Shown: one piece after another, positions 5,561-13,530 of the stretch
Numbering within the stretch: position 1 is the first letter of the stretch
How the letters are laid out: each line of letters opens with the position of its first letter
Origin: a virus
Length of the DNA: 41,097 nt
Virus record (IMG/VR): IMGVR_UViG_3300002120_000004
Strand: one strand, 5' to 3'
Position numbers and translations under genes: made by a program
Notes under the pieces: generated by a model
Seen by the model: the letters and a program-made list of their open reading frames with translations, nothing else
Database searches by the model: none
What the model was told of the DNA's origin: nothing

Positions 5561-5588
5561 AAGATAAAAGATTCCGCGCAGCGGAATC
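5561..5588 (-). terminator. canonical intrinsic terminator T1
   Basis: Minus sense: GATTCCGC-tgc-GCGGAATC followed by TTTTATCTT. Confidence 0.7.
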
Positions 5589-5723
5589 GACCTTAGAGAC
5601 TGAGCCCGTGGCTTTGGATGAGCCGAAGGCGAAACTACTGGGAGAGTCTGAGTGGAAGCGAAGCTTGGTGAAGGAGTGGAGATCCATTAGATTCGGGTAC
5701 TAAGTCTGGAGTCTGCTCAAGGT

Positions 5724-5736
5724 CGGAGAGTCTCCG
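5724..5736. promoter_or_regulatory. perfect 13-bp palindrome CGGAGAGTCTCCG, candidate operator
   Basis: Read directly. Related half-sites GGAGAGTCT occur at 5641..5649 and, on the minus strand, over the SD of the first early gene (5475..5466). Confidence 0.35.
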
Positions 5737-6058
5737 TGGATAGTCCAGAAGTGTCCTCTGTGAACGGGACACCTCTGGACGTACACGAGAAGGGGAAGCT
5801 CAGGATATGGGAGCCTACAAAGGAGATGGCTGGGTACCGTCTCATCTCTAATACTGGCGTATCAAGTGATAGCCAGCATTAGAGATAGACGAATGTTCTT
5901 GCCAAAGTACACTTTTCAGAGCCTTATATATAGAGGGACCTGAGAAGCCGAAGCAGCTCTGCTGCTGAGGCTTGTAGGGAGCGGGAGCCACAGAGGATCC
6001 AACTACGTGTAGTTGGACTCCTCTGTGCCTCTACCACCCTGAAAAGTGTACTTCTCGT

Positions 6059-6088
6059 AGACTAGTGGGGTAAGCTCCCTAATGTCAA
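6059..6088 (-). promoter_or_regulatory. candidate sigma70-type promoter (TTGACA - 18 nt - TAGTCT)
   Basis: Minus sense: ctcaTTGACAttagggagcttaccccacTAGTCTacgag. The predicted start is within a few nt of 6053, the first base of the 15-bp helix. The -10 element is weak. Confidence 0.4.
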
Positions 6089-6220
6089 TGAGATACCCCC
6101 CTAGGGTGTATACCGTAGCAGCGCTGGTATAAGTGGACTGCCCTCTCATAGTACAAAACAAGGATCAAAAAGGGACCCAACGCCCCAAGTCATTCACAGA
6201 CATAGAGTTAACTCACTTCC

Positions 6221-6244
6221 CCTTACAGGCCAGGCTGGAAGCCC
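6221..6244. repeat. 24-bp intergenic repeat copy 2 (ccttacaggccaggctggaagccc)
   Basis: Identical to 3206..3229. It ends 44 nt upstream of ATG 6289. Confidence 0.9.
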
Positions 6245-6288
6245 GAGACTAAGGGTCGTAGAGGGGTAAGACCCAAGAAGGAGATTAA

Positions 6289-6615
6289 ATGGAACCTCTT
6301 AAGCTACTTAAGTCTAAGAGGTCTAGTAGGCGTAGGGGATACACTAGACGGGGTAAGCACAAGTTAGCAGTTGAGTTAGAGCTGTCAGACAAGGATCTGG
6401 ACCTTCTAAAGAACTACGCCAGGGCTGGGTTCCCGAGAGCCAGAAACGGCAAGTTCAGGCTTGGGGCGGCAGCTAGCAGGATCTTGGAACTTGGGATCCT
6501 ATACCTATTTGAGAGGTACACGTATGGCCAAGATGAGCAGGAAAGTCAGGAAATCTCAGAGCGGGAAGCCTTGGACGAGGGGCTCCGAATCATCGACGCC
6601 CCAAGAGAGGCCTGA
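6289..6615 (+). CDS. putative ribbon-helix-helix DNA-binding protein (108 aa)
   Basis: AAGAAGGAG SD 6 nt upstream of the ATG. A basic N-terminus is followed by HKLAVELELSDKDLDLLKNYARAG, a strand-helix pattern typical of RHH/Arc-CopG proteins (recalled, not searched). Confidence 0.6.
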   Translation: MEPLKLLKSKRSSRRRGYTRRGKHKLAVELELSDKDLDLLKNYARAGFPRARNGKFRLGAAASRILELGILYLFERYTYGQDEQESQEISEREALDEGLRIIDAPREA

Positions 6616-6925
6616 CCCTAAGAGGCTTCCCGCTCCTCCTGAGGACATGCTCAGGATCCTCGTAAGCCCTACTGGTAGGGCTCTGGCGCAGATATTCAAG
6701 CTCGGTCAGGCCGTTACCAGGCACCTGGATGGGAAAGCCCTTCTTGGGCTGAATCGGGTAGAATCCAAGAATCTCATGGCTAGTGTGATCTTGTTATCAG
6801 TAGAAGCCAGGGATGCCTATATCCTGGAACGACTTGCAATGGAGAAATCTCATGAAGCGGACGGTGAAATCCCCAAAGAGCCAGAAGAGGCTCCAGCCGA
6901 GCCCAAAATCATCCTCGCCCACTAG
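6524..6925 (+). CDS. hypothetical protein (133 aa); start uncertain
   Basis: Track ORF 6461..6925 trimmed to ATG 6524 (GAGAGG upstream). This start overlaps the previous gene by 92 nt; ATG 6647 is an alternative. Confidence 0.5.
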   Translation: MAKMSRKVRKSQSGKPWTRGSESSTPQERPDPKRLPAPPEDMLRILVSPTGRALAQIFKLGQAVTRHLDGKALLGLNRVESKNLMASVILLSVEARDAYILERLAMEKSHEADGEIPKEPEEAPAEPKIILAH

Positions 6926-7268
6926 GGTTGTAAGGGTCCAGACCCAGGAGCCCCTTGAGAAGATCAACGAGGAGATCGAGAAGGATCGCCATCTCTATAG
7001 GATTCTCCAACAGATCCTAGTAGAAGTGAGGGCGAACAGGCAATATACCCAGTTCCTACATACACTTATGAGCAGGTCGGATATCGGGAAGCAGGTCAAG
7101 CTTGAGTCTCCCGATGAAATCAAGAAGAAGATGAAGGCGCGAAGGGCTGAAATATCTAGGATCAACCAGCAGAAGCGCGAGGATGAGCGTACACCCCTAA
7201 GCCAGGAGGAGCGAGAAGCCTTCGAACGTGGGGAGGATCCTCCAGGAACCAGTTACGAGGAGGCGTAG
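6852..7268 (+). CDS. hypothetical charged/coiled-coil protein (138 aa)
   Basis: Track ORF 6813..7268 trimmed to ATG 6852, which has GGAG 7 nt upstream. Confidence 0.6.
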   Translation: MKRTVKSPKSQKRLQPSPKSSSPTRVVRVQTQEPLEKINEEIEKDRHLYRILQQILVEVRANRQYTQFLHTLMSRSDIGKQVKLESPDEIKKKMKARRAEISRINQQKREDERTPLSQEEREAFERGEDPPGTSYEEA

Positions 7269-7272
7269 TTGA

Positions 7273-7467
7273 TTGAACCTATGCATCCTTTGTGGAGAGG
7301 TTCACGCCGGTAACATCCGTACCCACAGGTACATAAACAAGAAAACTGGAAAGACCGTGGATATCCACTGGGTCTTATGCGAGATCTGCAACTACCTTTC
7401 CAGAGTCGATAAGAAGACGTTCCGGGCTTGTGAAGAGAAAGCAATCGAGAACTGGAGTCATACGTGA
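7273..7467 (+). CDS. small zinc-finger protein (64 aa)
   Basis: TTG start behind GAGGAGG. Cysteine pairs CILCGE...CEIC. Confidence 0.6.
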   Translation: MNLCILCGEVHAGNIRTHRYINKKTGKTVDIHWVLCEICNYLSRVDKKTFRACEEKAIENWSHT

Positions 7468-7513
7468 GTCTATCCCAGATCTCGATCACATCTCCGAAAG
7501 GATCTGATCCTAG

Positions 7514-8086
7514 TTGAAAGGAGCACGTGAATATTGGGATGGAATTGGTGAAGTTGATCTCGTCCGACTCCCAGAAGGAGTCTCCAAAGCCAAGAGGGAA
7601 AGTCTTACAGCGGAACGTCTCGAAGCCATCGCCTCGTTCTTTGCGCTCCCGGATTGGGAGCGGGGTACAGAAGGTGTACCTGGAACGGATTCCGAGATGG
7701 CCGCTGCCGTACGATGCTCCGTAGCATCCATCAAGAAGTGGAAACGCCATCCGATGATGGTGGATCGGGTGACGGACAAGATCTACACGGCAGCCGTGTA
7801 CGCCATGCCCAATATCCTTTTTGGCCAGATCATCGCAGCCTCTCCTATATTCAAGGAAATTGGTGACGGTAGGTACGAGGTCATTCCAGGAGACACCAAG
7901 GCTGCGAACTACGTAGGAACGATAGCGAAGCTTTTGAGATCTGGCAACATCACTCTAAATCAGAGCCAGAACTCATTCTCACCGCTCCAAGATGAGCACG
8001 AGCCTACAGATGAGGAGCTCCGCAAACAGATCCGAGAGCTCGCCAAGCGCGAGCTAAAGGGGGTGGACCTCCCACCTGAGTCCTGA
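7514..8086 (+). CDS. putative terminase small subunit (190 aa)
   Basis: Position immediately upstream of terL and an HTH-like segment SEMAAAVRCSVASIKKWKRHP. TTG start with a weak SD. Confidence 0.55.
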   Translation: MKGAREYWDGIGEVDLVRLPEGVSKAKRESLTAERLEAIASFFALPDWERGTEGVPGTDSEMAAAVRCSVASIKKWKRHPMMVDRVTDKIYTAAVYAMPNILFGQIIAASPIFKEIGDGRYEVIPGDTKAANYVGTIAKLLRSGNITLNQSQNSFSPLQDEHEPTDEELRKQIRELAKRELKGVDLPPES

Positions 8087-9599
8087 AGCAAGGACTACGG
8101 AGCTCCTCCGCCTATATGAGAAGCGGGCAAAAGAACGACCGTGGAGGTACTACACGTCGGTTCCGTCCATTCTCCCGTTCCACAGGTCCCTTTCGCACAT
8201 CAGGGTCCTAGCAGGCCCAAACCGTGGAGGGAAGACCACAGCCGGAGCCATCGAGTGCATCTCCTTCGCCACCGGATGGAACGAGTTCAGACAGCAGAAG
8301 TATAAGACCCCAGACCTCCATTGGGCTGTGGCCCTCGACAATAATCGAATGGGCTATGTCCAGCGGAAGAAACTCTTCGAGCTACTTCCACCGCAGGGTT
8401 ACAGGTACTGGAGGCAGGACCAGATCATTGAGATGAAGAAGCAGTGGGGTGGATCTGAGATCCACTTGATGTCCGCTGAGGCTGGCCCCCAGAAGTTCCA
8501 GGGAGCTAATCCCAGAAGCGTCTGGATAGACGAGGAACCGAAGGTACACGGAGAAGAGATCTGGGATGAGATCTATGCCCGTATCTCTCCAGGCCAGCCT
8601 CTGGATATCTACCTCACCTTCACCCCGCTTCTTGGATACAGCTGGAGCTTCAGGAAACTCTGGGATCCCGAGTCCATCGAGAGGGCTCCAGGAGTTGAGA
8701 CGTTCATCTTCAGTTTGTATGACTGCGCGATATCGCGTGGCGGGCACTACACGGACGAGGAGATCGAGCACTTCGTCGCTGGATACAGCGAGTACGAACG
8801 CAGGTCCCGTGTGTACGGAGCGTACTCTCTGGTTGGCGGCTCTCCGTACTTCGATCCCGATAGGGTCCATGCCTGCCGCGCACTTTGTCCAAAGGGGGTT
8901 TCAGCCACCTTCTCGGTGGATCCGACAAACCAGCCGCTCCTAAAGAAGTTTGGGGACGGAACCACCATTCTCTTCAAGGAGCGTGTGGCGAACCACCGCT
9001 ACCTGGTGGGTGTGGATATCTCTGGTGGTGGCAGGAAGGACCGGTCGGTTGCTTACGTGATCGACCGGGATGATGACGCCGCCTGTGTCGCAAGGTTCAA
9101 GTCGAACATGATCGACCCAGAGGCGTTTGCCCGCGAAGTGGTGTTTCCAATGGCGCGGTACTATTTCAATGCAACCGTGGTCCCAGAGATCAACGGGGAG
9201 TATGGCGGTGCCTTCCTCACTTCGCTGCGAATGATCTACCCTTCAAGGATCTACAACCAGACTCAGTGGGATCGTGTAAAGAATCGGTTCACTGGGCAGC
9301 TTGGTTGGAGAACCCATGAAGGGACCCGTGGAATGATTATCTCGGCCCTTGAGAGGGCGATACGGGAGAAGAAGTGGAAGCCTACGTCTTCCCTGCTTGA
9401 TGAGATGTGCATGATGGTCATCAAGGATAACGACAAAGTGGAGCATGTCGAGGGTGGGTTCGATGACGAGGCGTTCGCCGCTGGACTAGCGATGGCTGTC
9501 TACTACCTAAATCCAAAGGCCAAACGGATCCCAGAAGATCAAAGGGTCGAGATCTGGGAGAGGGCTGCGAGCGATGAATTGGAGGCTGTGATCTGTTGA
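8076..9599 (+). CDS. terL: terminase large subunit; start codon non-canonical or unresolved
   Basis: Walker A AGPNRGGKTTAG (8211..8246), Walker B VWIDEEP, nuclease-domain LVGVDISGGG. The frame is open from 8058 but has no ATG/GTG/TTG before GTG 8328. CTG 8076 lies 9 nt after AAGGGGGTGG. Confidence 0.85.
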   Translation: MSPEARTTELLRLYEKRAKERPWRYYTSVPSILPFHRSLSHIRVLAGPNRGGKTTAGAIECISFATGWNEFRQQKYKTPDLHWAVALDNNRMGYVQRKKLFELLPPQGYRYWRQDQIIEMKKQWGGSEIHLMSAEAGPQKFQGANPRSVWIDEEPKVHGEEIWDEIYARISPGQPLDIYLTFTPLLGYSWSFRKLWDPESIERAPGVETFIFSLYDCAISRGGHYTDEEIEHFVAGYSEYERRSRVYGAYSLVGGSPYFDPDRVHACRALCPKGVSATFSVDPTNQPLLKKFGDGTTILFKERVANHRYLVGVDISGGGRKDRSVAYVIDRDDDAACVARFKSNMIDPEAFAREVVFPMARYYFNATVVPEINGEYGGAFLTSLRMIYPSRIYNQTQWDRVKNRFTGQLGWRTHEGTRGMIISALERAIREKKWKPTSSLLDEMCMMVIKDNDKVEHVEGGFDDEAFAAGLAMAVYYLNPKAKRIPEDQRVEIWERAASDELEAVIC

Positions 9600-11650
9600 T
9601 TCCAGACAAGCCGGATCTACCAGAAGCTGAGCTTCCGGAACAGAAAGAGGAAGAAATTGATAGCCGGGAACTGGATGGCTGGAAGATAGGTCGCTCCCTT
9701 CTGCGATCCGCTAAATCCATTTCATCCAAGTTCCAGACTAAGTTCTATGACAACTGGAAGTTCCTCCTCGGGGAGAACCACTGGAAAGCACCTGCGAATA
9801 CAGCCGCCAGGAAAGCAACTGAGTGGCAGAACCGTGGAGTCAGGAACTGGACCTTTGCCGCAGTGGACCAGAAAGCATCCTCGATCCTCTCTGCCGAGCC
9901 ACGTATCACGGCGTATGCCTGGGGAGCCAACTCCAGCTTCATAGACCAGTACCGTGCTGCACAGGCCGTGGAGCATGAGCTGGACCGTATGAGGCGGAGG
10001 GAGTATGAAGAGGATGCCTTCTGGGATGGAGCCGCCTGTTCGATTGGTGTAACCAGAGTTGTTATTTGCCGGGATGAGCGCTCTGGAATGAAGTTCCTGA
10101 AACTTGAGTCCGTGGATCCAACAAGGTTCCATGTTGATCCCGAAGCCGACCGGCTCCATGAGTGCCGGTACATCAACTATGAGCCTGATATGGATATGGC
10201 GGACATCAGGAAGTACTTCCCGCTCACCTGGCACCGTCTTCTAAAAGAACCCGATAGGCAGTCACTTGACGTAACAACGGGGTCATTGTCCCTGGATGCT
10301 GATGTTCGTCAGTACCGCTCCAAGTCGGACTGGGAGATGGTCAGTTCTGGCGGTAGAGAGATCACGGGCGGCAAGGGACCCATGATCAGTGGTGTGCATC
10401 GGGTGTGTTACACGCTGATCAAAGACGATGAGGTCATCGAGGAAGTGGAGCGGAGGGTGCTCCAGGGAGAGCAGGAGGGCTACCAGTGCGCCCAATGCAG
10501 CTCCATCTTCTACCCCCCGGACCCAATGACCGATGTTGAGGAGATGGCGATGCCGGAGTCGGTCATGTGTCCCGACTGCGGCTCGGAGGCCGTGGCTGGC
10601 GTCACGATCCCTCCTGTGGAGGAACAGGGGGATACGGTACGGCGCTACAAGTACCCCTATGGAAGACTCATCGTCCACACGGAGACCGCACTTCTTTATG
10701 ACGGTCCCAACCAAGATGAGATTGAGGAGCTCTTCTTCCCATTCGCTGTCTACTCCTACTATAGGATTCCTCATAGGTTCCTAGGGTATGGGGATGTGGA
10801 TCTCCTTAGATCCGCCCAGAGTTCTGCGGACAGGACCATGGCCCAGCTACTGGATTACTTGAGGCTGTGTGTGAATGGTGTATTCGAGTATCCAGATGAG
10901 GCATACCAGTACGATGCCACCGGGAATGCACCTGGCCAGAAGGTTGCTCTGCCACCCAATCTGATTGGGATGGCTCGCACAGTCCCCCCAGCTCCAATCA
11001 ACCTGGGGGCCGTACAGCTAGCTGAGGATATAGCAAAGAGGGACTTCGGTGAGATGTCAGGTATCACTCCCATCTCAACTGGTACAGCGCCCTCGGCTCC
11101 AAGCTCGGGGCGTGAAGTTGAGATGCGGCAGCGTGCTGCTGCTACCAGGCTTGGGGGACACCTGTTCCGATTCAATCAGTACAGGACGGACATAGCAAAC
11201 ATCGTCTGGCAGCTGATGTGGCAGCACTATAGGGAGCCCAGAATGGTCCCCATGAAGGATAGCCAGGGCCAGAAGGAAATGGTGGAGCTTGAGGTAAGGA
11301 GCCTGCCTAGGAACCTAAAGATGGTGGTCACGGCAGATCCGGATACCATCGAGAGAAACGACCTGACTGGACAGAATCTACAGGGCTTGATCACTCAGGG
11401 AGTCCTCCCAATGTGGCCCGATATGCTCCTACCTGCGATTGGAATCCCGGCTGGGATTGCAGCTCAGATTCAGGAGCGTATGAGGCTGGCCCAGGTGGAG
11501 CAGCAAATGGCCACTGAGCAACAAATAGCTGGTCAAGAGGGGATGCCACCTGAGGGGATGCCACCTGAGGGGATTCCACCTGAGGAGGCTATGATGGAGG
11601 GGCCACCGATGGAAGGGATGCCTGAGGAGGAGATGCCAGTTGTTTCCTAA
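9596..11650 (+). CDS. portal protein (684 aa)
   Basis: Size and position directly after terL (TTGA start/stop overlap). Contains a CxxC...CxxC insertion and a C-terminal EGMPP repeat. Confidence 0.75.
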   Translation: MIPDKPDLPEAELPEQKEEEIDSRELDGWKIGRSLLRSAKSISSKFQTKFYDNWKFLLGENHWKAPANTAARKATEWQNRGVRNWTFAAVDQKASSILSAEPRITAYAWGANSSFIDQYRAAQAVEHELDRMRRREYEEDAFWDGAACSIGVTRVVICRDERSGMKFLKLESVDPTRFHVDPEADRLHECRYINYEPDMDMADIRKYFPLTWHRLLKEPDRQSLDVTTGSLSLDADVRQYRSKSDWEMVSSGGREITGGKGPMISGVHRVCYTLIKDDEVIEEVERRVLQGEQEGYQCAQCSSIFYPPDPMTDVEEMAMPESVMCPDCGSEAVAGVTIPPVEEQGDTVRRYKYPYGRLIVHTETALLYDGPNQDEIEELFFPFAVYSYYRIPHRFLGYGDVDLLRSAQSSADRTMAQLLDYLRLCVNGVFEYPDEAYQYDATGNAPGQKVALPPNLIGMARTVPPAPINLGAVQLAEDIAKRDFGEMSGITPISTGTAPSAPSSGREVEMRQRAAATRLGGHLFRFNQYRTDIANIVWQLMWQHYREPRMVPMKDSQGQKEMVELEVRSLPRNLKMVVTADPDTIERNDLTGQNLQGLITQGVLPMWPDMLLPAIGIPAGIAAQIQERMRLAQVEQQMATEQQIAGQEGMPPEGMPPEGIPPEEAMMEGPPMEGMPEEEMPVVS
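11537..11581 (+). repeat. 3 x 15-bp tandem repeat (EGMPP) in the portal C-terminus
   Basis: gaggggatgccacct x2 followed by gaggggattccacct. Confidence 0.9.
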
Positions 11651-12257
11651 GCCATTTAGCTGGAAGAAGCTAATAAAGATACCAGATCCACCCCCAAAGA
11701 GGTTTTCAGATCTTATCGAAGAGATGGATGCTACTGATGAGACCATCAATGAGTTGATTCTGGATATCAAAGAGAACAAGATTCCCCCAGAAGAGATGGA
11801 CCAAGCCATGAAATACTTGGCAGACCTCCAGTACGACAAGAAGAAATTCATGGAAGAAGTTGATGCCATGGCTAAAGTCATTAATACAGAAAACCCAGAT
11901 ATAATTACACCTGATCCTCCTAGATACTCAGGAGACCCAGAGTATGCAGAACTTCCTGGCATCCCAGTACAAAGGATAAACAGTATTTGGTATAGGGTTG
12001 CTAAGGCGCGTTTCCGTCCGGATCTAAATTCTATTATCGGTGGAGGTGGACTATACGGCTCAATGCGAGCTTCAGATGAGGCCAGAACCAGAGAGAGGCA
12101 AGAACAGGAAATGGGCAGTATGGGGAAGGGGATGGAGGCGTTTGGCTACATGGTAGATCCTGCTGGTTCAGCTATGCAGGGCGCGATCATGAGAATGATG
12201 AAAGAGCCAAGAGTCCCCGGAACCCCTGTGTTCTCAAACATCCACAGGGAGTACTAA
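11640..12257 (+). CDS. hypothetical virion-module protein (205 aa)
   Basis: Track ORF with a TTG start overlapping the portal end by 11 nt. Confidence 0.6.
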   Translation: MFPKPFSWKKLIKIPDPPPKRFSDLIEEMDATDETINELILDIKENKIPPEEMDQAMKYLADLQYDKKKFMEEVDAMAKVINTENPDIITPDPPRYSGDPEYAELPGIPVQRINSIWYRVAKARFRPDLNSIIGGGGLYGSMRASDEARTRERQEQEMGSMGKGMEAFGYMVDPAGSAMQGAIMRMMKEPRVPGTPVFSNIHREY

Positions 12258-12514
12258 TGGAAAACCAGAGTGTGATTGACCAATTTCGAGATTTGATGAA
12301 GAACACTTCCTCCTCCGCAATTACAACCGGTGGATGGGTGTGGCCTGGAAGCTGGTATCCGCACATCGGATGTCCATACTGTAACAGGTGCCCGTATTGT
12401 GGGCGTCCTTATCACACAGGTCCTTATGGACCGTACATCACTTGGTGCAGTACACCGAGCGGTAGCCAAGGATGTTCCTGTAGTACCGCTCAGGAACCCG
12501 AAAAGAAGGAGTAA
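12257..12514 (+). CDS. small Cys/Pro/aromatic-rich protein (85 aa)
   Basis: The ATG overlaps the previous stop (TAATG). Sequence: WVWPGSWYPHIGCPYCNRCPYCGRPYHTGPYGPYITWC. Confidence 0.6.
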   Translation: MENQSVIDQFRDLMKNTSSSAITTGGWVWPGSWYPHIGCPYCNRCPYCGRPYHTGPYGPYITWCSTPSGSQGCSCSTAQEPEKKE

Positions 12515-12517
12515 CAA

Positions 12518-13516
12518 ATGCCAGAGCCCCTAACTGGTGGACTGGAAGGACTGGGTGCATACCCAGAACCGGAGGTCGTGCCAGAAGAGGTAGCATCAGA
12601 TGCCCAACCGGTAGCAGTTCCGGAGGGTGCAGTACCCGTAGAGCCGACAGAGGAAGAGAAGATCCTCTGGCGGTGGCGTAACAACGAGCGTGAGATCCCA
12701 CGCAGAGTGGTGAAAGAGATGGCGACAGCTCTTGACGCCCCCAGTGAGGAAGCGCTTGTGCAGTGGACCCAGCAGGGACGTGACTACAACTACTGGAAGA
12801 GCCAGCTCGATCAAGACCGTGAGTCCTTCGAGGAAGAGCGGCGTCAACTTCGTGCGAAAGAGTCAATGGTGGATAACATCATGAGGCAAATCGCAGAAGA
12901 GCGGTCGCTCCAGGAGGAATACCCGTCTGAAGGGCCTAGGGCGCGTAACGGCGCTGCCCCGCCCAGATATGAGATGCCTTCTCAGGTAGACGTAAACGAC
13001 CCCAAGTCGGTCCTCAATGTGATCGCATCGTTACCTGCAACGCTGACCCAGCTTCGTTCGGAGATGTTGTCTGAGATCCGTAGAGATCGTATCGACCTCC
13101 GAAGACGGGAAGCGGAATACAAGATTGCAGAGAATGCGGTCGTGATCCAAAACGAGGCGGAGTCCTTCGTGAAAGAGATGAAGGATGAGGGTTGGGATGT
13201 TCCAGATCAGCTCAATCCAGAGCGATTGGTTCAGGAGTGTACCCGCCTGGGGCTGTCTCAGAATCCCGCCATTCCATGGCGAGAGGCGTTCGAGACGGCA
13301 TTCGCCAAGATGGTCTATCGACATGGCCTGAGGCTGGGAGCCAGGAACATGGCCACACAGCTCACGACGAATCGGAAGGCAGAGTTCCGTACTCCACCCT
13401 CCAAGCCAGTCCAATCACAGACTACTCTTCCCAAGGATTCTCTCTTGGCTAAGGTAGAAGCTGCGAAGAAGATTGGGGCCAATGTTAGGATGTCAGACGC
13501 AGTTAACGATATGTAG
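12518..13516 (+). CDS. putative scaffolding protein (332 aa)
   Basis: Acidic, helix/coiled-coil-rich, and located upstream of the capsid gene. Confidence 0.55.
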   Translation: MPEPLTGGLEGLGAYPEPEVVPEEVASDAQPVAVPEGAVPVEPTEEEKILWRWRNNEREIPRRVVKEMATALDAPSEEALVQWTQQGRDYNYWKSQLDQDRESFEEERRQLRAKESMVDNIMRQIAEERSLQEEYPSEGPRARNGAAPPRYEMPSQVDVNDPKSVLNVIASLPATLTQLRSEMLSEIRRDRIDLRRREAEYKIAENAVVIQNEAESFVKEMKDEGWDVPDQLNPERLVQECTRLGLSQNPAIPWREAFETAFAKMVYRHGLRLGARNMATQLTTNRKAEFRTPPSKPVQSQTTLPKDSLLAKVEAAKKIGANVRMSDAVNDM

Positions 13517-13530
13517 GAGGTGGTTCTCGG

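Larger units (their letters stand above)
5561..6053 (-). ncRNA. candidate ~490-nt structured leader/ncRNA (promoter-to-terminator unit)
   Basis: Helices: 5743..5780, 5845..5885, and domain 5905..6053 (a 15-bp closing helix enclosing hairpins 5945..5973 and 5989..6027). A.C mismatches on plus become G.U on minus. No SD-led ORF. The strand of the central domain is not fully settled. Confidence 0.4.

Noticed and set aside
5268-5687. 139-aa minus-strand ORF across the control region
   Set aside because: It has no SD before its ATG. It reads straight through the canonical terminator 5561..5588 and into the next gene in another frame. Its sequence is low-complexity S/G/R/P-rich.
5905-6053. Retron msr/msd-like or MITE-like interpretation of the 15-bp inverted repeats flanking hairpins
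   Set aside because: No reverse-transcriptase-like ORF exists anywhere in the genome. The element is single-copy and has no flanking target-site duplication.
7527-7724. Alternative frame at the terS start with a better SD (AAAGGAG, 4 nt, GTG)
   Set aside because: Its 65-aa product is S/P/R/K-rich and ends early. The 7514 frame gives a 190-aa balanced protein with an HTH-like segment.
9722-10774. Minus-strand ORFs 9722..10234, 9745..10176 and 10283..10774
   Set aside because: They are antisense shadows inside the portal gene, which is continuous and in an operon with terL.
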